Shown here piece after piece: positions 61,201-64,000 of a stretch of DNA of 64,000 nucleotides (its first letter is position 1; the number at the start of each line of letters is the position of its first letter). This stretch comes from Malacoraja senta (lineage: Eukaryota). Location: contig JAXLNO010000254.1 in assembly GCA_038087875.1 (NCBI GenBank), forward strand, positions 1 to 64,000, read 5' to 3'. The notes beneath the pieces are model-generated. The model did no database searches. It was not told where the DNA came from and saw only the letters and a program-made list of their open reading frames with translations. The position numbers and the translations under genes were made by a program.

Positions 61201-63316
61201 ATGGGAAATATGCATGTTCAGGTACAGGTTGACAATACTACAGCTGTAGCATACATAAATCACATGGGTGGTATAAAATCAGAATCATGTGATAAATTGG
61301 CAAATAAAATTTGGACCTGGGGTATTGCCAGAAAATTTGGCTGTCAGCAATATATTTACCAGTTAAAAATTAATACAATTGCAGACAAAAGATCACGTAA
61401 ATTCAATGATAATACAGAATGGATGTTAAATTGGAAAATATTCACACAAATTATCACACAATTTGGAATGCCAGAAATTGTTCTGTTTGCATCAAGATTG
61501 AACCACCAGTTTGCCTAAGTATGTGTCATGGGAACCTGATCCTGGAGCAGTAGTGGTGGATGCTTTCTCGCTACATTGGGGTGGTATGTTTCTGTATGCT
61601 TTTCCACCATTTTGTTTAATCCACAAATGCATACAGAAAATTAAACAAGATTCAGCCTCAGGGATTTTGGTAGTACCAGATTGGCCTACACAGGTATGGT
61701 ACCCACTGGTGTTAAAAACGGGGGGGGGGGGGGGGGGGAAACCCTTATGGTTATTCCAAAGCAGATTAAACTGCTTGTACACCCTGTGACTAATGAATCA
61801 CATCCTTTACATAATTGTATTGGTTTGTTGATTTGCAGATTCTAAGAAGGCCATATCTTTGGAAAAGGATTATCAGACCTTACAGCCTGGAGGAATAGTA
61901 CCCAGAAGCAGTACATTTCCTATATAAAGAAATGAAAGGTGTTTTGTTCAGGAAAGAATATTGCATATAACACAGCAGAAATTTCAGATGTAATAGAGCT
62001 TCTTTCAACTCTACACTATGAATTGAAATTAAGTTATAGTGCAATTAATACTGCACAAAGTGCACTCTCTGCATATTTAAGCAGTGGATCAGAACAAACT
62101 CCAATTGGAGCACATCCTTGGGTCTGTAGGTTTATGAAATGAATGTTCAACTCTAATCCTCCCAGACCCAGGTATACAGAAATTTGTAATGTAAAAGATG
62201 TACTGATGTTCCTAAGGAATTGGAATCCAGTTGAAACTCTGTCATTATCCAAAATTACCATGAAAGTGGTTATGCTCATGGCATTAGTTTCAGCGCAGAG
62301 TTCAAACATTACAGAAACTCAGAATTGATAGAATGAAAGTAGCGCAAAATGCCGTGACATTCTATGTCTATGATTTATTGAAGCAAAGTAGACCTGGGTT
62401 CACAGGATGCAAGTTTGAATTGTTAGCATATCCTACAGATTCACGACTGTGTGTAGTAACATATGTGAAATGTTACATAGAAACAATAAATGTTTTAAGA
62501 GGCGCCGAATTGGAATTTTTTATTAGTCATAAAAAGCCTCATAAGATAATGTCAACACAAACAATTTTACGATGGTTGAAACAGGTGTTGAGATATTCAG
62601 GTATTGATACTGATAAATTTAAATCTCATTCCGCCAGGGCGGCATCAACATCAGCGGCCAGGGATTCAGACGTGCTAATAGACCTTATTCTCGCGGCCGC
62701 AGGATGGGCAAGTGAACAGATGTTTCACAAGTATTACCACAAGGAGATTAAAGATCTCAGAGGGTTTGGTGATGCCGTGCTGGATACAGTATTAAATCCC
62801 CCATTATAATAAATGGGCCTAATTTTGTTACTTTTATTAAAATAAATAAAACCATAAACTGATTACATTCAAATGTTGTGGTTATGCATTGTTGATTGTG
62901 CTTACTCAAATAGAGTCAATCGATGCAGTGAACACCTGGATTTGAATCCACGGTGTGAAATCACAGAGCTTTGAAATCTTCACGTAGTCACTCACGTGAC
63001 TCCAAAGTAAAATAGTAAGATTAAACGAGAACTTACCAAGTTTGAAGTTTGATCTTTATTTTATGAGGAGTAACGTTGAGGGATTACGTGCCCTCCGCTC
63101 CCACCCTCATAAAAAGATCAAGCTGGTAGTTCTAAGTCTTTATGCATCTTACTATCATACTTCAGTAATTATCGTCTGTGATTGTCACTCCGCTGCTTTG
63201 AAAGATTGACGCGTGTGCGGCTGGACGGGGCTTCTTCACGTAATCCCTCAACGTTACTCCTCATAAAATAAAGATCAAACTTCAAACTTGGTAAGTTCTC
63301 GTTTAATCTTACTATT
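58249..63316 (+). mobile_element. DIRS1-type tyrosine-recombinase retrotransposon, copy 2 (diverged subfamily), full length, ORFs decayed
   Basis: RT: LPNGLISAPRLFTK, AYLDDILI. RNase H: INYLEL, VDNTTA. MTase: LFASRLN, DAF, YAFPPF, VPDWPTQ. YR: HSARAAS, AAGW, YYHK. ITR at 58279-58312 and 63207-63240, ICR at about 62978-63090, ATT at both ends. Confidence 0.95.
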
Positions 63317-63424
63317 ATCTATAGATGGTGATAGAGAAATATAGAACAAATGAATGAAAGTTATACAACAAAGTAACGATGATCAAGGAAAGGTGGAGCC
63401 TGCAATGGTCCATGGTTTGAGAGA

Positions 63425-64000
63425 AGGAATGTGTGACATTTCTGGTCGAGATCCTTCTTCTCCAGAGATGCTATCTGTCCCACTGAGTTACTCCAGCATT
63501 TTGTGTCTATCTTCAGTGTAAACCAGCATCTGCAGTTCCTTCCTACATACATGGTCCATTGTTGGCAGCGAAGATACACAAAATGCTGGAGTAACTCAGC
63601 GGGACAGGCAGCATCTCTGAAGAGAAGGAATTGGTCCTCCATCCTATTCTCCGACTAGTTTTACTGTCCTCCTGATTAATTTTAATGTTTGCATACCTCG
63701 TTGTCACCTTCCCCTCAGCCAACAATGAACACAAAACGCTGGAGTTACTCAGCGGGACAGGCAGCAGCTTTGGAGGGTCTGAAGAAAGGTCTCGAACTGA
63801 AACGTCATTCATTCCTCTCCTATCTATCTAGGGTGGGGGTAGTGTGCAGGAAGGAACTGCGGATGCTGCTTTAAACCGAAGATAGACACCAAATGCTGGA
63901 AAACTCAGCAGGACAGGCAGTATCTCCGGATGGAAGGAATGGGTGACGTTTCGGGTCGAGATTCTTCTTCAGACTGAGAGTGAGGGGAAAGGGAGACAGA
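63425..64000. mobile_element. Cluster of Penelope-like terminal fragments in both orientations
   Basis: Repeats of the gctggagtaactcagcgggacaggcagcatctc family, with hammerhead-like cores at 63779-63807 (+) and 63944-63972 (-). Confidence 0.65.

Overview
Eukaryotic, very repeat-dense DNA. The repeat set (HER1/CR1-type LINEs, tRNA-derived V-domain SINEs sharing the LINE tail, Penelope-like tails) points to a cartilaginous fish, probably a skate or ray (inference). I see no intact host gene. Three intron-containing fragments of unrelated host genes are present, all with signs of decay. They are one RAB35-like exon (16672-16795, +), three consecutive WDR46 exons (23042-26432, -) and four consecutive INF2-like exons (32579-36362, +). 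The rest is mostly transposons: CR1, L2-group, Rex1/Babar, an RTE-X-like near full-length LINE, an R2-clade fragment, Gypsy, BEL/Pao, Tc1, Tigger and hAT. There are also two full-length DIRS1-type tyrosine-recombinase retrotransposons (41154-45834 and 58249-63316) that encode a Dam-like methyltransferase domain. Main observations: (1) the DIRS copies have dead ORFs but perfect or near-perfect, co-varying ITR/ICR pairing and a shared ATT junction; (2) they share an extra conserved pairing and a candidate splice route to the recombinase ORF; (3) a 131-bp TSD-flanked insertion starts with a minimal hammerhead-ribozyme core; (4) an R2-like element lies outside rDNA; (5) the gene fragments form a mosaic. 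All family calls come from recalled motifs read by eye, with no database search, and most repeat boundaries are approximate.
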